Positions 10,808 to 20,113 of a DNA stretch of 41,129 nt are shown one piece after another. Numbering within the stretch: the first letter of the stretch is position 1; every line of letters starts with the position of its first letter. The DNA comes from Gammaproteobacteria bacterium. GTDB taxonomy: Bacteria; Pseudomonadota; Gammaproteobacteria; Magnimaribacterales; D2472. Below the pieces are notes generated by a model, which worked only from the letters and a program-made list of their open reading frames with translations, did not search any database and was not told the DNA's origin. The position numbers and the translations under genes were made by a program. The stretch lies in NCBI GenBank assembly GCA_965658385.1, contig CBFHRY010000001.1, forward strand, positions 21,334-62,462. The letters are read 5' to 3'.

Positions 10808-12193
10808 ATGCTTTTTCATAGCACAAGAGGGGGAGACGCTAATAAAACTTTTGAAGAAGTATTGATGCAAGGCTTAGCTGATGATGGCGGTTTATTTATG
10901 CCAAACGAATGGCCTCAAGTTGACCTCAATGAATTAAAGAAACAAAAAAGCTTTATTGATGTAGCTAAAAAAATTGTCCCTTTATACACTTCCTCTTCTT
11001 TTGATACATCTGAAATCATAGATCTGTTGGATAATACTTGGCATGATTTCTCTGATAAAAATTTTGCACCTATCCATAGACTTAACAAAAATCAATCTGT
11101 TTTAGAGTTATTTCATGGGCCCACAGCTGCATTCAAAGATTTTGGTCTTCAGCTTGCAGCAGCTTTCTTTGATAAAACTCTTAAAAAAAATAAAAAAACC
11201 GCAATTGTGCTTGGAGCGACCTCAGGAGATACTGGTTCGGCTGCTATAGATTCATGCAAAAGATTTGATTCAATTAAAAGTTTTATTCTTTTGCCAAATG
11301 GCAATATGTCAGACATTCAGAGAAAACAGATGACAACAGTTGATAGCAAAAATGTATTCACCATTAGGGTTAATGGAAGCTTTGATGATTGTCAGGATAT
11401 TGTGAAAGATGCATTCAATGAAAGAAGTTTTTTAAGAGATGATCAATATTTGCTTGCAGTCAATTCTATAAACTGGGTTCGTATTATAGGTCAAATTTGT
11501 TATTATTTTTATGCAAGCCTTAAAGCAAATAATCTATCAAAAGAGCTAAACTTTGCAGTTCCAACAGGAAATTTTGGCAATGTTTTTGCATGCTATGCAG
11601 CCAGCAAAATGGGGATGCCTTTAAATAAAATAATTGTAGCTGTAAATAAAAATAATATTTTAGATAGATTTTTTAGAAATAATGATTACTCAAAAAGAGA
11701 ATTTTTAGAATCTCTCTCACCCAGTATGGATATAAGTGTTGCTAGTAATTTTGAGAGGCTTCTGTATGATTTTTATGCTGATAGAGACTCAGGTTTATGC
11801 AAAACCCTTTATAAATCTTTCCCTACTTCTTCAATTGAATTAGATAGAAATCTTTGGAAGAAAACCGATGATTTATTCTTGAGCTATACGGTTGATGACA
11901 CGTCAACACTAAACAATATGTCAAAAATTTATAGTGATTTTAATTACTTGATTGATCCACATACAGCCATAGCTTCTCATTCAGTAGAGTCTTTAAAAGA
12001 AGAATTAGATGGTGAGACGCTGATCTTATCCACAGCTCATCCTGCAAAATTTCCTAAATCAATTGAAGAAGCAGGTCTTAAGCTTAATCATATACCAAAA
12101 CAGCTTTCCCAAGCTTTAAATAAAGAAGAGAGATATGTAACTTTGCCTGCTTCAAAAGATGAAATATTCAAATATATAATTGATAATAATTAA
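10808..12193 (+). CDS. thrC: threonine synthase
   Basis: 461 aa. It has the N-terminal STRG motif, the PLP-lysine motif HGPTAAFKDFG and GATSGDTGSAA. Confidence 0.92.
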   Translation: MLFHSTRGGDANKTFEEVLMQGLADDGGLFMPNEWPQVDLNELKKQKSFIDVAKKIVPLYTSSSFDTSEIIDLLDNTWHDFSDKNFAPIHRLNKNQSVLELFHGPTAAFKDFGLQLAAAFFDKTLKKNKKTAIVLGATSGDTGSAAIDSCKRFDSIKSFILLPNGNMSDIQRKQMTTVDSKNVFTIRVNGSFDDCQDIVKDAFNERSFLRDDQYLLAVNSINWVRIIGQICYYFYASLKANNLSKELNFAVPTGNFGNVFACYAASKMGMPLNKIIVAVNKNNILDRFFRNNDYSKREFLESLSPSMDISVASNFERLLYDFYADRDSGLCKTLYKSFPTSSIELDRNLWKKTDDLFLSYTVDDTSTLNNMSKIYSDFNYLIDPHTAIASHSVESLKEELDGETLILSTAHPAKFPKSIEEAGLKLNHIPKQLSQALNKEERYVTLPASKDEIFKYIIDNN

Positions 12194-13291
12194 GTGGATC
12201 ATACAGAACTAAATTCTTCTTTAAATGACTTAGATGCGAGATTGGAATCTATTGCAAGCGGCCCATTTGATTTAGCAAAAAAAAAATCCAAGCTTAAAGA
12301 AATAGATGAAGAGCTTACTAAAGAGGAAGTATGGTCTGATTTAGATCTTTCTCAAAAACTAAATAAGGAAAAATCACAACTTGAAAAATCTATTACAAAT
12401 TTTATGCTCATAAAAGAAAAAGTCTCTGATAGCTTAGTTTTGCTAGACATAGCCTCTGAGGAATCTGATGTTAATACAATTAACGAAATTATTCAGGATT
12501 ATCCTGGAATAGAAAAAGGAGTTATTGATTTAGAGTTTAGAAGAATGTTTACAAATAAAATGGATCCTTCCTCTGCATTCATTGATATTCAATCAGGCTC
12601 CGGAGGAACTGAGGCTCAAGATTGGGCTGAAATGCTTTTAAGAATGTATTCAAAGTGGGCTGAAAGTAGAGATTTTAATATTTCTATAACAGAAATTTCA
12701 CATGGTGAGGTTGCAGGCATAAAATCAGCTTCAATTCATGTTGAGGGTGATCATGCATACGGGTGGTTAAGAACAGAAACAGGAATTCATAGGCTGGTAA
12801 GAAAATCACCTTTTGATTCAGGTAACAGAAGGCACACTTCTTTTGCCTCTGTATTCATATCTCCTGAGATTGATGAATCTATTGAAATTGAAATCAATAA
12901 TGCTGATATCAGGGTAGATACCTATAGGGCTTCTGGAGCAGGAGGGCAACATGTAAATAAAACTGATTCGGCTGTTAGATTGACACATGTTCCCACTGGA
13001 GTAGTTGCTCAATGCCAAAGTGACCGATCACAGCATAAAAATAAAGAAAATGCCTTTAAACAACTCAAATCAAAGCTTTACGAGTTAGAATTACAGAAGC
13101 AAAATAAAGAAAGACAAGAACTAGAAGAAAGCAAGTCTGATATTGGGTGGGGGAGTCAAATTAGATCTTATGTTCTTGATCAGTCTAGAATAAAAGACTT
13201 AAGAACTGGTTATGAGACTGGGAACACGACAGCAGTTCTTAATGGTGAAATTGATGAATTTATAAAAAGTAGTTTAAATAAGGGTATATAA
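12194..13291 (+). CDS. prfB: peptide chain release factor 2, encoded in one continuous frame
   Basis: 365 aa. The SPF tripeptide (SPFDSGNRRHTSF) and GGQ (RASGAGGQHVNKT) are present. The N-terminal 30 aa are homologous to the pre-frameshift part of E. coli RF2 but lie in the same frame as the rest. GTG start directly follows the thrC TAA. Confidence 0.95.
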   Translation: MDHTELNSSLNDLDARLESIASGPFDLAKKKSKLKEIDEELTKEEVWSDLDLSQKLNKEKSQLEKSITNFMLIKEKVSDSLVLLDIASEESDVNTINEIIQDYPGIEKGVIDLEFRRMFTNKMDPSSAFIDIQSGSGGTEAQDWAEMLLRMYSKWAESRDFNISITEISHGEVAGIKSASIHVEGDHAYGWLRTETGIHRLVRKSPFDSGNRRHTSFASVFISPEIDESIEIEINNADIRVDTYRASGAGGQHVNKTDSAVRLTHVPTGVVAQCQSDRSQHKNKENAFKQLKSKLYELELQKQNKERQELEESKSDIGWGSQIRSYVLDQSRIKDLRTGYETGNTTAVLNGEIDEFIKSSLNKGI

Positions 13292-14725
13292 ATGTCTGAA
13301 GAAAATATTAGTGGAGAAGAAAGTCTAATTGAAGAACGAAGAAAAAAACTGGAGATTCTTAGATCAGAAAATAAGGCATATATAAATAATTTTTATAAAG
13401 AAAATTATGCTGCTGATTTGTCAACTAAATATTCACAACTTGCAAAAGAAGAGCTTGAAGATAAAAACATCTATGATATCTCGATTGCTGGAAGGATTGT
13501 GCTTAGAAGAATTATGGGTAACGCAAGCTTTGCCACAATAAGAGATGCAAGCGGAGATATCCAAATTTATATAAGCAAAAACACTGTTGAAAAACAAATC
13601 TATGAAGACTTCAAGACCTGGGATCTTGGAGATATAGTTGGAATTAAAGGAAAGCTTTTTAAAACAAGAACTGATGAATTAACCATAGAAGCGTCTGAAG
13701 CAGTATTAATTACCAAAGCAGTTAGACCAATGCCTGATAAATTTAAAGGATTGGCTGACATAGAAATAAAATATAGACAAAGATATTTAGATATCATGAG
13801 TAACGATGATTCTAAAAAAGTATTTATTGATAGAACACTTATCTTAGAGTCAATGAGACAGTCTTTAAAAGATAGAAATTTTATTGAGGTTGAAACACCC
13901 ATGATGCATCCAATTCCTGGTGGTGCAGTAGCCAGGCCTTTTATGACGCACCATAATGCCCTTGATCGAGATTTATTTTTAAGAATAGCACCCGAACTAT
14001 ATTTAAAAAGACTCTTAGTTGGAGGCTTTGAAAGGGTTTTTGAAATAAATAGAAGCTTTAGAAATGAGGGCTTATCTACACGGCATAATCCAGAATTTAC
14101 AATGTTAGAGTACTATGAGGCATATTCATCATTAGATAGAACGATTGAGTTTACAGAAAATATGATCAAAGATGCTACTCAAAAAATTTGTGGGTCATTA
14201 AATATTACTTGGGGTGAAGATAGCCTGGATTTAACAAATTTCAGAAAAGAAACATTAACCAACCTAGTATTAGAACAAAATACTAATTTAACAGATATAG
14301 ACCTTGCTAAACTTTCTGGTAATGAGCTACTTGACCTATTTGAGGAAACTGTAGAAGACAAGTTAATACAACCAACATTTGTCTTAGGATATCCAGTAGA
14401 AGTTTCGCCACTATCGAGGAGAAATAATGATAATCCTGAAATAGCTGACAGATTTGAATTATTTATTGGTGGAAAAGAAATAGCAAATGGGTTTTGTGAA
14501 CTTAATGATCCTGATGATCAGGCAGAAAGATTTAAAGCCCAAGTTGCTGCAAAAGATGCAGGCGATAATGAAGCAATGTCATTTGATGAAGATTATGTTA
14601 CAGCTCTTGAACACGGCATGCCTCCGGCAGTAGGTGTTGGAATAGGGATAGATAGGCTCGTGATGATGATTACTAATCAGACATCAATAAGAGACGTTAT
14701 ACTGTTTCCGCAACTTAAATCTTAA
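13292..14725 (+). CDS. lysS: lysyl-tRNA synthetase, class II
   Basis: 477 aa with an OB-fold N-domain and class II motifs (FRNEGLSTRHNPEFTMLE, GIGIDRLVM). It shows prfB-lysS coupling (TAAATG), as in E. coli. Confidence 0.95.
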   Translation: MSEENISGEESLIEERRKKLEILRSENKAYINNFYKENYAADLSTKYSQLAKEELEDKNIYDISIAGRIVLRRIMGNASFATIRDASGDIQIYISKNTVEKQIYEDFKTWDLGDIVGIKGKLFKTRTDELTIEASEAVLITKAVRPMPDKFKGLADIEIKYRQRYLDIMSNDDSKKVFIDRTLILESMRQSLKDRNFIEVETPMMHPIPGGAVARPFMTHHNALDRDLFLRIAPELYLKRLLVGGFERVFEINRSFRNEGLSTRHNPEFTMLEYYEAYSSLDRTIEFTENMIKDATQKICGSLNITWGEDSLDLTNFRKETLTNLVLEQNTNLTDIDLAKLSGNELLDLFEETVEDKLIQPTFVLGYPVEVSPLSRRNNDNPEIADRFELFIGGKEIANGFCELNDPDDQAERFKAQVAAKDAGDNEAMSFDEDYVTALEHGMPPAVGVGIGIDRLVMMITNQTSIRDVILFPQLKS

Positions 14726-15105
14726 TTAAATTTATATTTAATTTCTAAGATATTGAAAGAATAATTATTTTTCCTAAGCGGATCAAATGAATGATGGTTA
14801 GAAAAGCTAATAACATCTATAGAATATTTTGAAGTTGGATCTAATAGCTGAATACCATTTTGATAGCTATTTTTATCTACATTATTGATCAAAGAATCAG
14901 AAGATCCTTCCCCAGTAGATTGTGCCAAACCAATTACTAAAGCAACTCCAATATAGGGTGCCAAGTCTTTAATTGCTGCATCTCCAACATCTTTAGCTCT
15001 TTCATACACAGGGCACTCACCACTGCCGCAATCAGTTGCTCCTGCCATACTAATTTGGCTTATTGATACAAGAAAAACACAAAAGAATTTTATTAAATAT
15101 TTCAT
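14722..15105 (-). CDS. hypothetical secreted/membrane-associated protein
   Basis: 127-aa ORF with a signal-peptide-like N-terminus (MKYLIKFFCVFLVSISQISMA), a CGSGEC motif and one internal hydrophobic segment. I recognise no family. Confidence 0.55.
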   Translation of the reverse strand: MKYLIKFFCVFLVSISQISMAGATDCGSGECPVYERAKDVGDAAIKDLAPYIGVALVIGLAQSTGEGSSDSLINNVDKNSYQNGIQLLDPTSKYSIDVISFSNHHSFDPLRKNNYSFNILEIKYKFN

Positions 15106-15172
15106 AGTTTCAAATTAACTTTTACATTCCAGAACTACAACTTAAAAAGTAATCAGAAATTATATATATAAA

Positions 15173-15625
15173 TTACCACCTAAATTTATTAAAGTTTTCA
15201 GGATTAGCCCATCCATCTGGATTATTCCATGATCTCTTATTATTGTATGTATCTAGATTGTATGAATAGCATCTATATGAATTCTCTTTTCCAGAAAGCT
15301 CTTTTTGAAGACCCATTTTAAACATTACATCATCTGTCATACTTATAGACTTTGTAAAAATGATAATTTTAGTGCTGATAAGATTTTTTATTGTTCCTAT
15401 ATGAACTTCACTTATTTCAACATCATCCATTACTACAAAAATGTCAGAGTGTTTATCAACCATCTTGGAAATAGAAGGCAAAATGGAGACTTCTTCAATA
15501 TCAGAATTTTCTAAATTTTTTATCAGGGAAGAAACGTCTTTATTTGTTGCAATAACAACCTTTGATAAATTTTCATTACTAAGGATATCTATGAGAATAA
15601 TTTCTTTATCCTTAGCTAATTTCAT
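15173..15625 (-). CDS. conserved-looking hypothetical protein with Trp-rich C-terminal motif
   Basis: 150-aa ORF. Its ATG overlaps the mdh TGA (ATGA), which implies co-translation with mdh. The C-terminus is YSYNLDTYNNKRSWNNPDGWANPENFNKFRW. The family is not securely recognised. Confidence 0.65.
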   Translation of the reverse strand: MKLAKDKEIILIDILSNENLSKVVIATNKDVSSLIKNLENSDIEEVSILPSISKMVDKHSDIFVVMDDVEISEVHIGTIKNLISTKIIIFTKSISMTDDVMFKMGLQKELSGKENSYRCYSYNLDTYNNKRSWNNPDGWANPENFNKFRW

Positions 15626-16620
15626 CTCAATAAATTTTTAACTGCTTCTTTTTCTGAGATGAGCTCATCAATAGATTGTTGAAACTTAGATTTTGCAAAT
15701 TCTGACAAAGTTACATCTCTTTTTATCTCAACTGTACCGTCTTCTAGGGTGATTAATGGGTATCCGCATATAAGACCTTCAGGCACACCATAAGATCCAT
15801 CACTTGCAACTGCTGCACTAAAACAATCACCGTCTTCTGTGACGCTTTCACAAGCAATTATAGTATCCAATGCAGCCTTTGCAGCAGAAGTTGCAGAGGA
15901 GGCACCTCTAGCGTCAATTACAGCTTTCCCACGCTGTTGCACCGTTGGAAGGAACGTGTTTTCAACCCAATCTCTATCATTAATAACTTCAGCTCCTCTA
16001 GCTCCTTCAATAAAAGCATTTTCAATATCCGGATACATCGTTGGGCTGTGGTTGCCCCATATGATCATGTGTTTAATATCTTTAACAGCTTTACTAACTT
16101 TTTTTGCAACTACAGACTTAGCCCTGCTTGAATCTAGCATTGTCATTGCCATCCATAACTGATTATCATTGTTTGCTGCATTTTTACCAATCAAAGCGTT
16201 TGTATTAGCTGGATTGCCCACCACAAGTATTTTCGCATTTACTTTTGCATTTTTGCCAATTGATTCCCCTTGACTTACAAAAATACCACCATTAATTTTT
16301 AAAAGATCAGACCTTTCTTCAATTTTTTTACCTTCATAAACAATTCCTCTAGGAATACTTCCAACTAATAAAAACCAATCAGCATCATGAGAAGCATCGT
16401 CAAAATTATCTGTGTAACTAACATTGCCCATATGGGGAAAGTAAGAGTCCTCAAGCTCCATCACCAAGCCCTCTAATTTATCTACGACTTGTGGTATTTC
16501 AACTAAACATAGATCAACTATTTTGTTCCCAAAAGTTCTACCATCAACCAATCTTGGTATTAGTGAGTAAGCAATCTGACCAGCAGCACCTGTTACAACA
16601 ACTTTAATTCTTTCGCTCAT
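15622..16620 (-). CDS. mdh: malate dehydrogenase (LDH-like/Thermus-cytosolic type)
   Basis: 332 aa. It has the N-terminal VVVTGAAGQIAYSL motif, GNPANTNA and the IWGNHS catalytic-His region. Confidence 0.93.
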   Translation of the reverse strand: MSERIKVVVTGAAGQIAYSLIPRLVDGRTFGNKIVDLCLVEIPQVVDKLEGLVMELEDSYFPHMGNVSYTDNFDDASHDADWFLLVGSIPRGIVYEGKKIEERSDLLKINGGIFVSQGESIGKNAKVNAKILVVGNPANTNALIGKNAANNDNQLWMAMTMLDSSRAKSVVAKKVSKAVKDIKHMIIWGNHSPTMYPDIENAFIEGARGAEVINDRDWVENTFLPTVQQRGKAVIDARGASSATSAAKAALDTIIACESVTEDGDCFSAAVASDGSYGVPEGLICGYPLITLEDGTVEIKRDVTLSEFAKSKFQQSIDELISEKEAVKNLLR

Positions 16621-16647
16621 TTTTATTCCTTGATATTTAATAAATAG

Positions 16648-17220
16648 TTAGCCAATTATATTCCTAAAAGTTAAATTTACCCTAGGCGATAGAACCTTTT
16701 TTTCTTTTTTTATTTCGTGCTTCCAGAAAGATTGAGTTTGACCGCTCATTATCAGAAGATCTCCTTGATTTTGAGCTATTGAAAAACTAATTTTTTTATA
16801 TTTGTGCCTAAAAAATATTTTTCTTGTTGCACCGAGTGAAAGGGAAGCAATTACAGGGTTATAACCTAATTCTTTCTCGTTATCAGAGTGCAAACCCATA
16901 GAATCATCTCCATCCCTGTAAAGATTAGCTAATACGGAATTAAATTTTATGCTTGTTTTAAGCTCAACAACTTTTTTAATCTTTAATAGGATTTCATTCC
17001 AATTATTTCTTTTCAATTTTTTACCTGAATAAGTATAGTTCACATCTGTATTGGCATACCACGCCTGGAGTCTAGGTATTTTTTGAGTTTTGCCAAAAAT
17101 CTTAATAAAACCCTCTTCCCAACAAACATCCTCTAAAGTTCTCTCAAACCAATTTTCAAGATCATTCTCTTCTTTATTTAACTTAATATTTTTAATTAAA
17201 AGGTCCGGGTAATCTTCCAT
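16648..17220 (-). CDS. AlkB-family Fe(II)/2-oxoglutarate-dependent dioxygenase
   Basis: 190 aa. LYRDGDDSMGLHSDNE contains the HxD iron ligands, with a downstream His (FWKHEI) and the RVNLTFRNI motif. Confidence 0.85.
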   Translation of the reverse strand: MEDYPDLLIKNIKLNKEENDLENWFERTLEDVCWEEGFIKIFGKTQKIPRLQAWYANTDVNYTYSGKKLKRNNWNEILLKIKKVVELKTSIKFNSVLANLYRDGDDSMGLHSDNEKELGYNPVIASLSLGATRKIFFRHKYKKISFSIAQNQGDLLIMSGQTQSFWKHEIKKEKKVLSPRVNLTFRNIIG

Positions 17221-17339
17221 ATTTGTATATTAAATATTTATGCAGGCAATTTGTATAGATTATTTTTTTGATATATTTAAAAAATAGTATTGAAGAGGTC
17301 TTTTGTATAAAATAATGTAAAAATTTAAGGAGTTTGAAT

Positions 17340-18245
17340 ATGTCTATAAGATTTGATGATCAGGTTGCCATTGTTACAGGAGCAGGTGGTGGATTGGGTA
17401 AAGAACATGCATTAGAACTTGCCAGAAGAGGCGCTAAAGTTGTTGTAAATGATCTTGGTGGAAGTGTTGATGGTGATGGCGCTAGCGACGCTGCTAATGC
17501 TGTAGTTGATCAAATCATTTCAGAGGGCGGAGAAGCAATTGCGAATGGAGCGAGTGTTACTGATTTAGATGCGGTTCAAGACATGGTAAAAACAACAATG
17601 GATAAGTGGGGAAGAATAGATATCCTTGTTAATAATGCTGGCATTCTTAGAGATAAAAGTTTCCACAAAGATACTATTGATAGTTTTAATATTGTAATGG
17701 ATGTGCATTTTCAAGGAACTCTGAATTGCACTCATACTATTTTCCCAATTATGCGTGAACAAGGCTATGGAAGAATTATATTTACCAGTTCCTCAAGTGG
17801 AGTTTTCGGTAATTTTGGTCAAGCTAATTATGGTTCTGCGAAGATGGCAATGATAGGTTTAATGAATACATTAAAACTAGAAGGCCAAAAATATAATGTT
17901 TTCACTAATTCAATTACTCCTGTTGCATATACAAGAATGACTGAGGGCCTAATTCCTGAAGACTTTGGTAAAAATCTTCAACCTGAATTTGTATCTCCAG
18001 CTGTTTTATATCTAGCAAGTGACCAAGCTCCAAATGGTGCAATTATGGCCGCTGGTGCAGGAGTATTTTCAAGAATTCATATCCATGAAACCATGGGTGT
18101 TTCCCTGGGTACTGGTCAAGATATGACACCTGAGAATATTGCTGCAAATTGGGATAACATATCCGATATGAAAGATGCTAGAGCTCTTCAAAATGGAGGA
18201 GAGCAAACTCTTATGATATTTGAATTGTTAAATAAAGACTCTTAA
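17340..18245 (+). CDS. short-chain dehydrogenase/reductase (MFE-2-type 3-hydroxyacyl-CoA dehydrogenase-like)
   Basis: TGAGGGLG cofactor motif, NNAG and a YxxxK catalytic pair (ANYGSAK). I prefer ATG 17340 (AAGGAG 7 nt upstream) to the track's TTG at 17334. Confidence 0.9.
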   Translation: MSIRFDDQVAIVTGAGGGLGKEHALELARRGAKVVVNDLGGSVDGDGASDAANAVVDQIISEGGEAIANGASVTDLDAVQDMVKTTMDKWGRIDILVNNAGILRDKSFHKDTIDSFNIVMDVHFQGTLNCTHTIFPIMREQGYGRIIFTSSSSGVFGNFGQANYGSAKMAMIGLMNTLKLEGQKYNVFTNSITPVAYTRMTEGLIPEDFGKNLQPEFVSPAVLYLASDQAPNGAIMAAGAGVFSRIHIHETMGVSLGTGQDMTPENIAANWDNISDMKDARALQNGGEQTLMIFELLNKDS

Positions 18246-18859
18246 GAGACTGAAAAGCTAGGGCGACTATTTAGCATCTCAATGTAGTCATTTAGGTATG
18301 GATAGTCACCAATTTCTATTTTGTTTAGTCTAACTAAAAACTGAAGAGAGACTCCCATTTGAATATCTGCATATGTAAATCTATGGCCAGCTATATATTT
18401 TGTATCACCTAGTAAGCTATTGAAATGTGCAAGTGATTTCTTTGCATACCCTCTTTGATTCAAGCCGTATTCTGGATATTGATCTTCCATGTCTTTCATA
18501 GCTGGATGAGTGTGTCGAAAACCAATCATTAAAGGGTACATAAGTTCATAGGTAACTCTGGAGTACCACATTTCTATTGATGCTATTTCAATTGGGTTTT
18601 CTCCGAAAAGGTTTGGGGTAGGGTACAACTCTTCTAGATACCTGCAAATAGCAGTTGTCTCAAGTATTATTGTTTGATCGTCAAGAACCAAAGCAGGAAC
18701 TCTAGAGTTTGGAGCTATAGCTTTATATTCAGGTGTTTTATGCTCAAGCTTGGCTAGATCTAAATTAACTATTTCAATGTTATTTATGCCTTTTTCTTCG
18801 AGGAAAACTAGCACCTTTTTTGGGCTTGGTGCTAGTTTGCTTGAGTAAAGTTTCAGGAT
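18242..18859 (-). CDS. glutathione S-transferase family protein; start extended to a non-canonical codon
   Basis: The track ORF starts at GTG 18814. The 15 in-frame codons upstream read I-L-K-L-Y-S-S-K-L-A-P-S-P-K-K, which is the conserved GST beta1 strand and active-site region. That stretch runs up to the nrdB stop codon and contains no ATG, GTG or TTG. The C-terminal domain is GST-like. Confidence 0.75.
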   Translation of the reverse strand: MLKLYSSKLAPSPKKVLVFLEEKGINNIEIVNLDLAKLEHKTPEYKAIAPNSRVPALVLDDQTIILETTAICRYLEELYPTPNLFGENPIEIASIEMWYSRVTYELMYPLMIGFRHTHPAMKDMEDQYPEYGLNQRGYAKKSLAHFNSLLGDTKYIAGHRFTYADIQMGVSLQFLVRLNKIEIGDYPYLNDYIEMLNSRPSFSVS

Positions 18860-20101
18860 TTATTCCCAGTTTAAGGCGCCACCTGTTTGATATTCAATAA
18901 CCCTTGTTTCAAAGAAATTCTTTTCTTTTCTTAAGTCCATTATTTCTGACATCCAAGGGAAAGGGTTTGTAACACCTTTAAATTCTTCTTCTAGGCCAAT
19001 TTGAGTAAGTCTTCTATTGGCAATAAATTTCAAGTATTCTTCCATCATAGAGGCGTTCATGCCTAGAACCCCACGAGGCATTGTATCTCTTGCATATTGG
19101 ATCTCTAATTCTGTCCCTTCAAGAATCATTTGTGCTGCTTCAGCTTTCATTTGCTCATCCCATAAATGTGGATTTTCAATTTTGATTTGATTGATTACAT
19201 CAATTCCAAAATTAACGTGCATAGACTCATCTCTCAGAATGTACTGAAATTGCTCTGATGTTCCTGTCATTTTGTTTCTTCTTCCCATGGATAGGATTTG
19301 AGTAAAACCACAATAGAAAAATATACCTTCAAGTACGCAATAGAAAGCTATAAGATTTCTCAATAGTTGCTTATCTGTTTCTTCAGTGCCTGTTTGGAAA
19401 TTAGGATCTGATATTTCTTTTGTATATTTGAGACCCCATGATGCTTTTTTAGCAACACAAGGTATTTCTCTATACATATTAAAGATCTCTCCTTCATCCA
19501 TTCCTAGTGATTCAATACAGTACTGATATGCATGAGTGTGAATTGCCTCTTCCAAGCTTTGTCTAAGAATATATTGCCTGCATTCAGGATTTGTAATTAA
19601 TCTATATATTGCTAAAACAAGATTGTTTGCAACGAGAGAGTCAGCTGTTGAAAAGAACCCAAGATTTCTTTTTACTATCGTTCTTTCATCTTCTGTTAGT
19701 CCATCCTCTGATTTCCATAGAGCAATATCACTTGTCATATTTATCTCTTGTGGCATCCAATGATTAGCACTCCCGTCTAAATATTTTTGCCAAGCCCAAT
19801 CATATTTAAATGGAACCAACTGATTGAGGTCAGCTTTGCAATTAATCATCGCCTTTTGGTCTACTTCAACTCTTCCACTGCTCATCTCATCAAGCTCTTT
19901 TATGCCGGCTTCGACATCAAGGCTTTCTAAAGATGATCTTGCTTGCTCAGCTCTATCACCTTCTTCTGAAGTTGCTTGAAAAGACTCCTTTGGTGTTTCT
20001 TCAAACTTTACTACAACCTCTTTTTCTTCTTTAGGTTGTGCAGGGGCTTGAGCAACTGCTTGTGTTGTTTCTTCTGTATTATATTCATCCCAATTTAACA
20101 T
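18860..20101 (-). CDS. nrdB: ribonucleotide reductase class Ia beta subunit, long Pseudomonas-type form
   Basis: 413 aa with an acidic N-terminal extension. [16 protein letters not shown], the diiron ligand motifs ([18 protein letters not shown]) and a C-terminal tail are present. Confidence 0.95.
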   Translation of the reverse strand: MLNWDEYNTEETTQAVAQAPAQPKEEKEVVVKFEETPKESFQATSEEGDRAEQARSSLESLDVEAGIKELDEMSSGRVEVDQKAMINCKADLNQLVPFKYDWAWQKYLDGSANHWMPQEINMTSDIALWKSEDGLTEDERTIVKRNLGFFSTADSLVANNLVLAIYRLITNPECRQYILRQSLEEAIHTHAYQYCIESLGMDEGEIFNMYREIPCVAKKASWGLKYTKEISDPNFQTGTEETDKQLLRNLIAFYCVLEGIFFYCGFTQILSMGRRNKMTGTSEQFQYILRDESMHVNFGIDVINQIKIENPHLWDEQMKAEAAQMILEGTELEIQYARDTMPRGVLGMNASMMEEYLKFIANRRLTQIGLEEEFKGVTNPFPWMSEIMDLRKEKNFFETRVIEYQTGGALNWE

Positions 20102-20113
20102 TCTATTCTCCTA

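Noticed and set aside
12026-12034. Perfect DnaA box TTATCCACA inside the 3' part of thrC, about 160 bp upstream of prfB.
   Set aside because: It is a single site within coding sequence, and about one chance occurrence is expected in a window of this size and composition. There are no neighbouring boxes.
12277-12286. The A10 run in prfB as a replacement programmed frameshift or slippage site.
   Set aside because: The full-length RF2 frame reads straight through it (KKK), with homology on both sides. Homopolymer A runs are common in this AT-rich genome. It is mentioned only as a caveat in the prfB finding.
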